NCBI GenBank assembly: GCA_963674865.2
Contig: CAXXYE010000009.1
Coordinates: forward strand, 1,376,001 to 1,440,000
From: Candidatus Hydrogenedentota bacterium
GTDB taxonomy: Bacteria; Hydrogenedentota; Hydrogenedentia; Hydrogenedentales; SLHB01
Direction of reading: 5' to 3'
Length of the DNA: 64,000 nucleotides
Position 1 is the first letter of the stretch. Every line of letters starts with the position of its first letter. The notes under the pieces are model-generated. The model saw nothing but the letters and a program-made list of their open reading frames with translations. It had not been told where the DNA came from and did not search any database. The position numbers and the translations under genes were made by a program. Positions 31,192 to 39,863 of the stretch are shown piece by piece.

Positions 31192-32721
31192 ATGAAGAGT
31201 CTGCTGGTTGTCATTCTGGTGCTTGCACTTGCCCTGAGCTGGCTTGGCTTCTGGACGGTGCTGTCGAGCCCGCCACGAGTAGCGGCGCCGGGCGCTGAAT
31301 CGGCCGGGACGGCCAGGAGGCCGGCTCATGGGGACACGGTCACCGTGTGGGTCAACGAGCTCATCGGCTCACCCGACGAAGCCTTCTACTACGAATTGGC
31401 CGACCTCTGGAACGCCACACATGAGCGTGTCGCCGTGAAGATGGCCGTTATGAGCCATGCCGGTTACCTCAGTAAGCTCCGCGTAGCCATCGCCTCGGGC
31501 CAGCCGCCGGATGTCTGCCTGGCCGGGCTCGAAACGCTTGAAAGCCTCAAGTACACCGGCAAGGCGAGCGACCTTGCGGTCACTATTTCCGAGGAGTACT
31601 TCCCGGACGAGCGACTCGGCCGCATGGGGCCGGTGGTGAAACGCACTATCGTGCGCGATGGGCGGCCTACGGTGTTTCCCATGTATCGCTACTGCTACGG
31701 GGGCGTCATCCTCGCCAATCGGGCGATGCTCGCCAAAGCCGGCTACGATGATGCCCGTATCCGGGAGGAAGGCTGGACCTTTGAGCAGTTTCGCGACGCC
31801 TGCCGGAGAATGACGCGCGATCTGGACGGTGACGGCGCGCCGGACACGTGGGGATTCGGGGCGGCGTTGGTTCACCTGCGGCACCTGTTTCTCAACGAAT
31901 TCGGGCCGGGCGTCTGGGGGCGTGAGGTCAGCCGCCACATGTTCCTGTATCAGGACACCGAAACCGGTCGGTGGGGCCTGCATCCGGACTTGACGGAGGA
32001 GCAAGTATTCCGCGTGTTCCTGCTCTTCGATCAACTCCTGAATCAGGACAAGACGTGGAGTCCCGCTTTTCTGAGCATGAACTGGAACGAGATCAACGAC
32101 GAGTTGATCGTGCGCCGGCGCCTGGGGATGACCTTCGGCGAGACGCCGTGGGTGGCCAAGTTGCGCGGCGATGTTTGGGACTTCGAGGCGGCCCGGGGAC
32201 TGCACAACGATGTGTCGCCTCCTGACCTTACTGTGATCTGGATGCCCACAGAGAAGCCGGGCCGGCGTCCGCTTCCCCGGGCGGGCGTGGTCGGATTCAG
32301 TGTGCTGAAACAGACGCCCTACAAGGGCGATCAGCATACCGAGAATGCATTGCGCGTTGCGCTGTATCTCACCCACCCGGTGCATTTGGCGCGTTCACAG
32401 GTGCGGCGCTTCCGCCATCTTCCCCCGGAGCCGGCGCGATTTGCGGAAATCTTCCCCGAGCTTCTCGATACCGAGGACATTTGGATTCGGTTCTACAACA
32501 CGATCATGGATTCGGATATCCCCTTGGTCCAGGAGCCATTTGCCACGGGCGATCCTTCCATTCCCGCTTACATGGCCTTGCGCACCGAGGTAGAGCGCTG
32601 GCTTGAGAAGGAAGGAATGGGCTTTCTCGAACAGGTGGTGTACGGGAAGATGACGCCGCACCAGGCGGCCGAGGGATTCACCCAGGGACTGCGTGTCGTG
32701 GTGGCCGAGGCGAGTCAGTAG
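31192..32721 (+). CDS. ABC sugar-binding protein
   Basis: Follows two permeases; N-terminal hydrophobic anchor; KLRVAIASGQPPDV, WTFEQF...TRDLDGDG..DTWGF. Confidence 0.75.
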   Translation: MKSLLVVILVLALALSWLGFWTVLSSPPRVAAPGAESAGTARRPAHGDTVTVWVNELIGSPDEAFYYELADLWNATHERVAVKMAVMSHAGYLSKLRVAIASGQPPDVCLAGLETLESLKYTGKASDLAVTISEEYFPDERLGRMGPVVKRTIVRDGRPTVFPMYRYCYGGVILANRAMLAKAGYDDARIREEGWTFEQFRDACRRMTRDLDGDGAPDTWGFGAALVHLRHLFLNEFGPGVWGREVSRHMFLYQDTETGRWGLHPDLTEEQVFRVFLLFDQLLNQDKTWSPAFLSMNWNEINDELIVRRRLGMTFGETPWVAKLRGDVWDFEAARGLHNDVSPPDLTVIWMPTEKPGRRPLPRAGVVGFSVLKQTPYKGDQHTENALRVALYLTHPVHLARSQVRRFRHLPPEPARFAEIFPELLDTEDIWIRFYNTIMDSDIPLVQEPFATGDPSIPAYMALRTEVERWLEKEGMGFLEQVVYGKMTPHQAAEGFTQGLRVVVAEASQ

Positions 32722-33734
32722 CCCGCGTCGAAATCGGCCAGGTTCACCAGGGGCAGGCCGTGGGCAAGTCGCCTGAGATTCTCCCCGACGTTGCGCAGGG
32801 CACGAATGCGCGCTTCGCGCGTGGAGCCGGCGTAGTGCGGGGTGAGGATCACGTTGTAATGGTGGATAGGGAAAGGGAAGGGATAGCCCCCGTATTTCTC
32901 CGAGCGTTCCTCCTGCGTGACGTCCAGGGCGGCGCCCGCCAGCTTGCCCGAGCGCAGCGCTTCCCAAAGGGCCTCTTCAACGATGTGGCTACCGCGCGCC
33001 ACGTTGATCAGGTATGAACCGTCCTTCATTGCTTCGAAACGGCCGCGATCTATCAGCCCTTGTGCCTCGTCCGTTCCGGGCAGGCAGAGGACGACGTAGT
33101 CGCATTTCCCGAGAAACGCGTCGATTTCGCCGGGCGTGGCCGTATACGCCAAGTGGTACCGCTCGCAATCCAGACGCTCCGGATGCCGTGTTAGCGCCCC
33201 GATAGACATGCCGAACGCGTGGGCGCGCACCGCGATCTCCTGGCCGATATTCCCGAATCCAATGAGGCCAAGCGAACTCTCGAATAACTCGCCCCCGATA
33301 CCGCCCCTCATGCGTTCCGCGCGAAGAGAGTTGTTCCGATCTCCCTGATAGGCCAGTCGCTCGTGGAACTTGAAGACGCGGCGCGTCAGCGCCAACATGC
33401 ACGTGAACACGTATTCGGCGATGGCAATCGATGAGGCGCTTGCCTTGGCTACGGCGATGTTTCGCCCCATCAGCATACGTCGGAGTTCGCCCGTAACCAG
33501 CCTATCGACGCCGTGGCCCAGTACGTGAACCAGCTTAAGGTTGGGGGCGGCCTCGACGAGTTCTTCCGTCGCATAGCCAACGAAGACATCCGTATCAGCG
33601 AGGAATGACTCGGCAGCAGACGGGTCTCTACCGGGTACGTAGATGACTTCGGCCTCGTCCGGCCAACACGATTCGATGACGGCTTGTTCCTCAGGATGGG
33701 TCTTCAACTGCATCCAAACGCGTAGCTTCTTCAT
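32715..33734 (-). CDS. D-isomer-specific 2-hydroxyacid dehydrogenase
   Basis: GLIGFGNIG, LINVARG, AGAALDV, NVILTPHYAG motifs. Confidence 0.9.
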   Translation of the reverse strand: MKKLRVWMQLKTHPEEQAVIESCWPDEAEVIYVPGRDPSAAESFLADTDVFVGYATEELVEAAPNLKLVHVLGHGVDRLVTGELRRMLMGRNIAVAKASASSIAIAEYVFTCMLALTRRVFKFHERLAYQGDRNNSLRAERMRGGIGGELFESSLGLIGFGNIGQEIAVRAHAFGMSIGALTRHPERLDCERYHLAYTATPGEIDAFLGKCDYVVLCLPGTDEAQGLIDRGRFEAMKDGSYLINVARGSHIVEEALWEALRSGKLAGAALDVTQEERSEKYGGYPFPFPIHHYNVILTPHYAGSTREARIRALRNVGENLRRLAHGLPLVNLADFDAGY

Positions 33735-33913
33735 ATCGCAACCACTTCCTACTCCAAAACCGGCATTGTACCGTTTCTCCAGAGGGTGAGGCCACCCAGG
33801 GAGAGTTGCGTCATCTCCTGGCTCCCGCTTTCACAGAAATCCAGCGTGCCCGGGCTGCGCTCATTGCACACCTTGCCCTGCCGTGACGGAAATGCCTACC
33901 ATCCTGCCGTCGC

Positions 33914-34885
33914 TCACTCCCTCTCGATAATGCCCAGGCGCCAAGGGAGGTCGGTGTAGGGGCCGGTGTGTTCCGATGTCCGAAGGCCCTGGAGCAGGAA
34001 TCGAGTAGCGGATGCGTCGTATTCAAGGCGTTGATCATGGCCCGTGCGGATCATCTCTCCGTGGGACACCTCCTCTGTCCAGCGGCCGGCTGGTTCATCG
34101 TAGATGAGCTGCGGCCCCGTCGCGAAGGAATCGGTGGCTTTTGTCCAGGGGCCGAGGAGATGTGGCGCCGTTGCCAGGCCATAGCCTCGCCGCCCCGAGG
34201 GTGCGCACAACTCGTAGAACATATGGTACTCGTCTAAGCCCTTCGCTTTGTACACATGCACGGCTTCGTGGACAGGGGAGAATGCCGGCCTTGGATCGGA
34301 GAAGCCCTTCGGGAAGCTCCCCAGGGGCGTCATCATCACGTATACATCCTGATGGGCGCGTGTGTAGAAAAGATAGGCCGTCGCGTCATCGCAGATGATC
34401 CAGAAATCGATCCACTTGGCCGGGTCGCTCTTCTCGACGAGCGGCGTCGGCTCGCTCCACGAGTTCGCGTCTTCGATGGACGCTGTTGTGGAATAGACAG
34501 GCTGATACTCTGCGTCGCGCGTCTGGTAGATGAGATACCACTTACTCTGCGGGGCGAACAGAAATACCTGCGGGGCCGCGGCATAGGTATCCTTCTCTCC
34601 ACGTGCCATAGACAGGAGGGTCCGAGGCGCTGCGGATAGTCTCTCAAGTGTGTCGGCGCAGACGTATCCGATGCGCCAACTACCGCCTCCTCTGGCCGTG
34701 TAGAAGAGATGCCAACGCTCTCCGTCGTGGACAATGGTCGGGTCTTTCACCGCGGCCTCGTCGAACGCGCCCGGCGGGCCGGGATGCAGGAGCGGCGAGC
34801 CCACGCGCCAGAAGGAGGGGGAGGTGCCTACCTTATCGTCGACTTGGGTGAGAAATGCCTGAATGCAAGATAGAAGGGCGAGCAT
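33914..34885 (-). CDS. GH62-like alpha-L-arabinofuranosidase
   Basis: VKDPTIV, APQVFLFAPQSKWYLIYQ, WIDFWIICD, EAVHVYK, VSHGEMIR, LPWRLG motifs. Confidence 0.8.
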   Translation of the reverse strand: MLALLSCIQAFLTQVDDKVGTSPSFWRVGSPLLHPGPPGAFDEAAVKDPTIVHDGERWHLFYTARGGGSWRIGYVCADTLERLSAAPRTLLSMARGEKDTYAAAPQVFLFAPQSKWYLIYQTRDAEYQPVYSTTASIEDANSWSEPTPLVEKSDPAKWIDFWIICDDATAYLFYTRAHQDVYVMMTPLGSFPKGFSDPRPAFSPVHEAVHVYKAKGLDEYHMFYELCAPSGRRGYGLATAPHLLGPWTKATDSFATGPQLIYDEPAGRWTEEVSHGEMIRTGHDQRLEYDASATRFLLQGLRTSEHTGPYTDLPWRLGIIERE

Positions 34886-34941
34886 TTTCGTTGGTTTCCC
34901 TCAGTTGAGTGCGCAGCGGAACTGGTTGCGTTGAGCGGACT

Positions 34942-35730
34942 CTACGCGCCTTGTCCGAAGCGTTGACGCAATTCGCTTACACATGCCTCGAAGGGCTCCA
35001 AGTTGTCCCTCACCGGAAACTCCACGCAGAAGGTCCCGTCGAAAGCGATGCGCTCGAGCGTGTTGAATATGTCGTCCCAGGGGACAGTTCCCTCACGGAA
35101 GGCGCAGTGGTCGTCTTCCAAGCCGTGGTTGTCCGCCAGGTGCACGTGGCGGAGCCAGGGGGCCAGTTCCAGCAGCAAGGCGTCCGCGTTGTGCGTCATG
35201 TGTGCGTGTCCCGTGTCGAAACAGAAGCGCAGGGCGGGGCTGTCCAGCGAAAACACTTCAAGGAATTCCCACGGCTCGCTGAAGAGCTCGTTGCAGCGGC
35301 GGAAATCGTACGCGTAATGATTTTCGAGATTGAGGACGACGCCCGCTTTCTCGAATTGCCCGGCAACGGCAGCCAGCACGCCGCGAACCCGTTGGATTCC
35401 TTCTCTTTGCTCGGGATAGGCCCCGCCGTGGATGACGAGATCAGTGACGCCCGTTTCCGCGCAGAGCTCGAGCCAGTGCAGCAGCGCCTTGCCGCCCGGC
35501 CCGGGGCCAAGTTCCGCCAGGTCCTCCCATATGTGGGCGGCCAAATGCAGGCCGCTAGGCGGGCCGAGCTGTTTCAGTGCGTCCAGGTCGGCGTGCGTGC
35601 AGCTCGGGCGTACGAATCTCCCGTGCCACGAGAGTTCGACGCCATCCAGCCCCAGTTCTTCGCGCGCCCGCGCCAGGCAATGCTCCATATCCCGCCACGT
35701 GAAGTGTAGTGCGCTGACGACAATCTTCAT
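34942..35730 (-). CDS. Sugar phosphate isomerase/epimerase (xylose isomerase-like TIM barrel)
   Basis: LVIHGG, LNLEN, CFDTGHA, HVHLADN, DDH, FCVE metal-binding motifs. Confidence 0.82.
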   Translation of the reverse strand: MKIVVSALHFTWRDMEHCLARAREELGLDGVELSWHGRFVRPSCTHADLDALKQLGPPSGLHLAAHIWEDLAELGPGPGGKALLHWLELCAETGVTDLVIHGGAYPEQREGIQRVRGVLAAVAGQFEKAGVVLNLENHYAYDFRRCNELFSEPWEFLEVFSLDSPALRFCFDTGHAHMTHNADALLLELAPWLRHVHLADNHGLEDDHCAFREGTVPWDDIFNTLERIAFDGTFCVEFPVRDNLEPFEACVSELRQRFGQGA

Positions 35731-35949
35731 AGCATCCATTCCGTCTTGTGAGATAATCCGGCGAAAAAGCGGCTCCGTGCGTCGAACGGAGCACGCCTGA
35801 GACAGAGTATCCTTTCCCGCGAGGAGCCTGTCAACATTGCCCGACTCGCGACGCCTGTTGGCCTCTCCGAAGTGTGCCGATTTGCCATCCACTTCAGGAA
35901 TGAGTTACACGTTGTATCCGAATCCTTAGCTTCAATAAGGGAGTCAAGA

Positions 35950-37044
35950 ATGCACCCGAAGGAACGCGTCAAACGCGCGCTCGAACGCCAGTCCGTGGAT
36001 CGCGTACCGGTATTCATGTGGTTTCACCCATGTACGGCCCGCCACCTGGCGGAAGTCCTCGAAATCCCGCCCGAGAGGGTCGGCGAGGCCATGGGCAACG
36101 ACATCTGCCAAACGTGGGTAAACAACAACTACGCCATGGAGGGCATCACCCACGAGAACGAGGGCGATTCCCACGTGGACGTGTGGGGAATCAAATGGGT
36201 CAAAGTCGGTGAGTTCAATCAGATTGCCGACTGGCCGCTCGCCAATGCCACGCCGGAGCAGGTGCTTGCCTATGAGTTTCCTTTTGGCCATCTCGATGAG
36301 CTGGTGGCACTTATGAAGCCGGTGATGGCTCAGGCCGACAGCTTCTTCGTGGGCGTCGATGTGTCTCCCTGCGCCTTCGAGATGTATTGGCGGCTTCGCG
36401 GCATGGACAAGGCCATCCTCGACCTTGTGGCTGATCCTGAGTTGGCCGGCGTCATGCTCGGACGCTGCGCTGATTTCGCCATCGCCCTCTCGGAGGCCTC
36501 GTGCAGCCGCTTCGCCGTGGACTGGCTGTGGACAGGAGACGATGTGGGCGGGCAGCAGGCCATGATCATGAGTCCTGATCTGTGGCGGGAGCAGCTCAAA
36601 TCCCACATCAAGCGCGTGGCGGATGTGGGCAAGGCGCGAGGACTCCCTGTCGCCTATCACTCCTGCGGGGCGATTCGGCCCATTATCGGCGACCTCGTCG
36701 AGATCGGCGTGGACGTTCTGAATCCGGTACAGGCCAACTGCCCCGGCATGGATCCGCTTGAGCTGAAGAAGGAATTCGGCCGGGATCTGGCTTTCATGGG
36801 CGGCGTGGACACGCACGACCTCCTGCCCAACGGGACGGCCGATGAGGTGCGCAGGGCTACGGCTTGCCTCATCGAAGGCATGACGGCGGATGGGGGCGGC
36901 TATATCCTTGCCGCTTCCCACACCGTGCCCCCCGAGACGCCGGACGACAATATCTTCGCCATGTATGCCGAAGCGGGCCTCAGCAAGGAAGAGATCTTCG
37001 ACAGTGCCGCCAGCATCCGAAGCAGCCTGAGACGGGACACGTAA
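35950..37044 (+). CDS. Uroporphyrinogen decarboxylase / MtaA-CmuA family protein
   Basis: ERVKRAL...DRVPV, DVWG, LRGMD, TGDDVGGQ, YHSCG, LNPVQ, GGVDT, GGYILAASH motifs. Confidence 0.85.
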   Translation: MHPKERVKRALERQSVDRVPVFMWFHPCTARHLAEVLEIPPERVGEAMGNDICQTWVNNNYAMEGITHENEGDSHVDVWGIKWVKVGEFNQIADWPLANATPEQVLAYEFPFGHLDELVALMKPVMAQADSFFVGVDVSPCAFEMYWRLRGMDKAILDLVADPELAGVMLGRCADFAIALSEASCSRFAVDWLWTGDDVGGQQAMIMSPDLWREQLKSHIKRVADVGKARGLPVAYHSCGAIRPIIGDLVEIGVDVLNPVQANCPGMDPLELKKEFGRDLAFMGGVDTHDLLPNGTADEVRRATACLIEGMTADGGGYILAASHTVPPETPDDNIFAMYAEAGLSKEEIFDSAASIRSSLRRDT

Positions 37045-37120
37045 GAAAGAGGCAGGGCCGACAACGACACGTCGTTGCCGGCCCCAAACGGTTCGCGTCA
37101 GCGCGAAGATACTTTCCGCG

Positions 37121-39508
37121 CTATTTCTTCATCAGCCAGACTTCCGCCACCTGGCACCCGCGTCTATCGACGAGTTCCCATTTCAGCTCCAGAGAGCCGT
37201 CTTTTGTGGCCGCCCTCGGGACGGCGTACTCTTTCGGCCACGTTGGTTTCGGCTGCGGCTCGGCGCCGTGGACCTCGTACTTGCCATCGGCGACAAGGCG
37301 CATCACGGCGCGATAGCGGCCGGCGTAGGTGGCACGCACGACGTACTGGGCCTTTGTATCCAGGCCTTCGTAGCGCATGATCAGCGGCGTGCCGTACAGC
37401 GTCTCGGCGCAGATCTGCCATGACTGCTTGTCCGTGTCGGAATCCCTCTGGCCCTCTTTCGGAGACTCGACGCGGCCCGGGTCTTCCGCCCACGTCTTCT
37501 GGTAGACGAGGTGGGGTTGTTTTCCTTCGACGCCGAGATTGTCGTAGAAGCCACCCGGGCCGGGATCTTCCCAGTTGACGATAGTATCGATCTGCTTGAG
37601 CTGCTTCGCCTTGTCCGTCATGGCCAGGATCTCGGCGAACTGCGACTCGAGCCAGCCGCGGTCATTGAGTGAAGCGTCCAGATAATCCAGGACGGCGCCG
37701 CGACTGGACCCCTTGGCCAGGTACGGCGGCTCGATACTCAACTGGAAGCCAATGGTCTTGAACAACTGCATTCCCATGTCTTCCAGTTTCTTGCGCAGTT
37801 CCGGCGCCGCGGGGACGGTGTCCGCTTGGCCGAGAGCCTTCTTGGCGGCGTCAATGGCTTGGGCAACGCCGGCACTGGGGGCCGTTTTCAGCGCCGCATA
37901 GGCTTCTGCCTCGTAGCCCATCTCGGCCTCGAGCTTCTGCTGTACGTAGGCGTCATAGTGGGCGCGGAAGACGTAAAGCTGGAGGCGCCAATTAGTTTCA
38001 ATGGCGTCGCCGCAAGCCTCCGCGATACCTTGCCAATGCTTCAGCGTCTTGGCGATCTGCTTGTTCCCGGCCAGTGGCCCGACCCAATTCTGCTCAAGCA
38101 TCAGCAGGCCTTCGGCCACAGCGTCCGCGTGTTCGTCGCCAAAGAAGGCGTCTCCATACTCGTGGACGATCTGCTGAACCGGCATGTCCGGATCCCAACC
38201 AACCATGTCCCAAGCGGCCTTGTTGAAGTCGTCATGCATTCCGTCCGAGTAGCTGACGAATCCCACCGACGTCGGCGCGAACAGGTTGTGGATATGCGTC
38301 ATTTGCTTCGGCCGGGGGCAAATGGGCTCGCGCCCCAAGGTGTGAGCAAATGCCTGATCCCACATCGGCATCGTGTACTGGCACCGGAGCGTGTGCGTGA
38401 TGTCCGGATAGCGGCGGATCTTGATGTTCTTCGGTGTGCGTGCGCGCACCTCTTCTATGCTCATCTTCGTCCAGGGGCCGTAAACGACGCCGCCCAGCCA
38501 CGACATATCGTGTTCCGCGAGATACTTGAAGAAGAAGTCGTTTTGTTCGTGCTCAAAGCCCTGATTCGACACCCACAGGCCCGCGTCGGGATGCCTCTCC
38601 TTCAAGAGCGCAGCCATCTTTTCGAGGAAGGGCATCAGGAGTTCGGGAGCCGTGTGGCCCGGGTCGCCGCCGGGCACCATGACCTCGTCCACATACTTGC
38701 AGCTTCTGAACAGGGCGCGGCGAGCTGCCAGCGCCTCCTCTTCTTTCCCGGGCTCGGCTATGTCTTCATCTAGGGCGACCCACAGCCACACATCCAGGCC
38801 GTAGGTTCCGATCATCTTCGACAGATCGGAGGTCATTTCCCACACGGTGCGCTTCATCACCGGGCCGTCGACCTTCTCAGGGTCGATATCCGGGATGAGT
38901 TCGATGGCGTTGTTACCAAATATGGCCATATCCCGCAGATATTGCTCATACGTGGCCACGTCCCACGCGTCGTAGCTATTGGCCGTATTCCGGTAGCCAA
39001 TTTGATGTCCCCGCATGGGATACTTAGGCGCCGTGGATATCTGAACATCCGAGGCTAGCATCACGCTGTCGGGCTTGAGCTCGAGCAGTCGGATAAGCCG
39101 TCCCGCTGCGAACAGCGCGCCGCGATTATCACGGCCCACCAGGAACACCGTAGGGGCCTTCCGCTTTGTGCAGACAGCGATACCGTACCCTTCCGCCTTC
39201 GTGGGCACGGTGAGCTGTTTCGGTATCATGTCCGTGCCAATGGGGAAGCTATCAACCGTCCCCAAGACAATTGCCGGCACGTTGTTCTTGGGCATTTCCC
39301 TCGATACTTCGAGCTTCACACCCGTCAGGCGCAGCACTTCGGTTTGCAGCATGTCCGCTGCCTTTACGTGGACTATCTCCCACGGGGACGCCACAATCAC
39401 CGCGTCGGCCAGATCCAGAGCCGTAGCGCTTCCCTCTTGAGCCTGTCCGTTTAGGACGAGCCCGAACAGGGCCATTGCCAGCGTTAACATCAATATCTTC
39501 CTAGACAT
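37121..39508 (-). CDS. Secreted glycoside hydrolase-like protein (GH20/GH67-type N-domain; possibly GH138-like)
   Basis: Signal peptide; EGYGI...GRDNRGALFAAGRLIR...PKYPMRG pattern; PGGDPG, RYPDITH. Family assignment is from memory. Confidence 0.5.
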   Translation of the reverse strand: MSRKILMLTLAMALFGLVLNGQAQEGSATALDLADAVIVASPWEIVHVKAADMLQTEVLRLTGVKLEVSREMPKNNVPAIVLGTVDSFPIGTDMIPKQLTVPTKAEGYGIAVCTKRKAPTVFLVGRDNRGALFAAGRLIRLLELKPDSVMLASDVQISTAPKYPMRGHQIGYRNTANSYDAWDVATYEQYLRDMAIFGNNAIELIPDIDPEKVDGPVMKRTVWEMTSDLSKMIGTYGLDVWLWVALDEDIAEPGKEEEALAARRALFRSCKYVDEVMVPGGDPGHTAPELLMPFLEKMAALLKERHPDAGLWVSNQGFEHEQNDFFFKYLAEHDMSWLGGVVYGPWTKMSIEEVRARTPKNIKIRRYPDITHTLRCQYTMPMWDQAFAHTLGREPICPRPKQMTHIHNLFAPTSVGFVSYSDGMHDDFNKAAWDMVGWDPDMPVQQIVHEYGDAFFGDEHADAVAEGLLMLEQNWVGPLAGNKQIAKTLKHWQGIAEACGDAIETNWRLQLYVFRAHYDAYVQQKLEAEMGYEAEAYAALKTAPSAGVAQAIDAAKKALGQADTVPAAPELRKKLEDMGMQLFKTIGFQLSIEPPYLAKGSSRGAVLDYLDASLNDRGWLESQFAEILAMTDKAKQLKQIDTIVNWEDPGPGGFYDNLGVEGKQPHLVYQKTWAEDPGRVESPKEGQRDSDTDKQSWQICAETLYGTPLIMRYEGLDTKAQYVVRATYAGRYRAVMRLVADGKYEVHGAEPQPKPTWPKEYAVPRAATKDGSLELKWELVDRRGCQVAEVWLMKK

Positions 39509-39573
39509 AGGGCCTCCTGATTGACTTCTTTCTGGTTTCCGCAACATCCAACGCAGCCTGTCGTACCCATGCG

Positions 39574-39602
39574 ATTGTGACGGACCAGGAGGCGTGTGTC
39601 AA
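39574..39602 (-). promoter_or_regulatory. Candidate sigma70 promoter TTGACA-N17-CACAAT
   Basis: Perfect -35 and 17-bp spacer, upstream of the ATG at 39508. Confidence 0.5.
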
Positions 39603-39863
39603 GTGTCGTAACTGTTCGGTTGGCAATGGATTGGATAGTAGTTGTAGTGTCCGCTTTAAGGTCAACAATACCTGTATCCACAACAGGGCGGCATGCTCAA
39701 ACCGAGGGTTTGTGGGTTTTTAGCATTTTAAGCAAAAAGGGGCAGGTGCAGCCCGGACATATGCGCCCAAATCGTCCGTGCGTGCGTAGCACGAGTCACA
39801 TGGCGTCGAACAGGCATGTCATCCACGCCGGCGAAGAGGCCGTAGCGCTGTCTGGATTGCCGG

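Noticed and set aside
39674..39682. DnaA-box-like GTATCCACA in a lower-GC intergenic region
   Set aside because: A single imperfect box with no cluster and no dnaA/dnaN context; not evidence of an origin.
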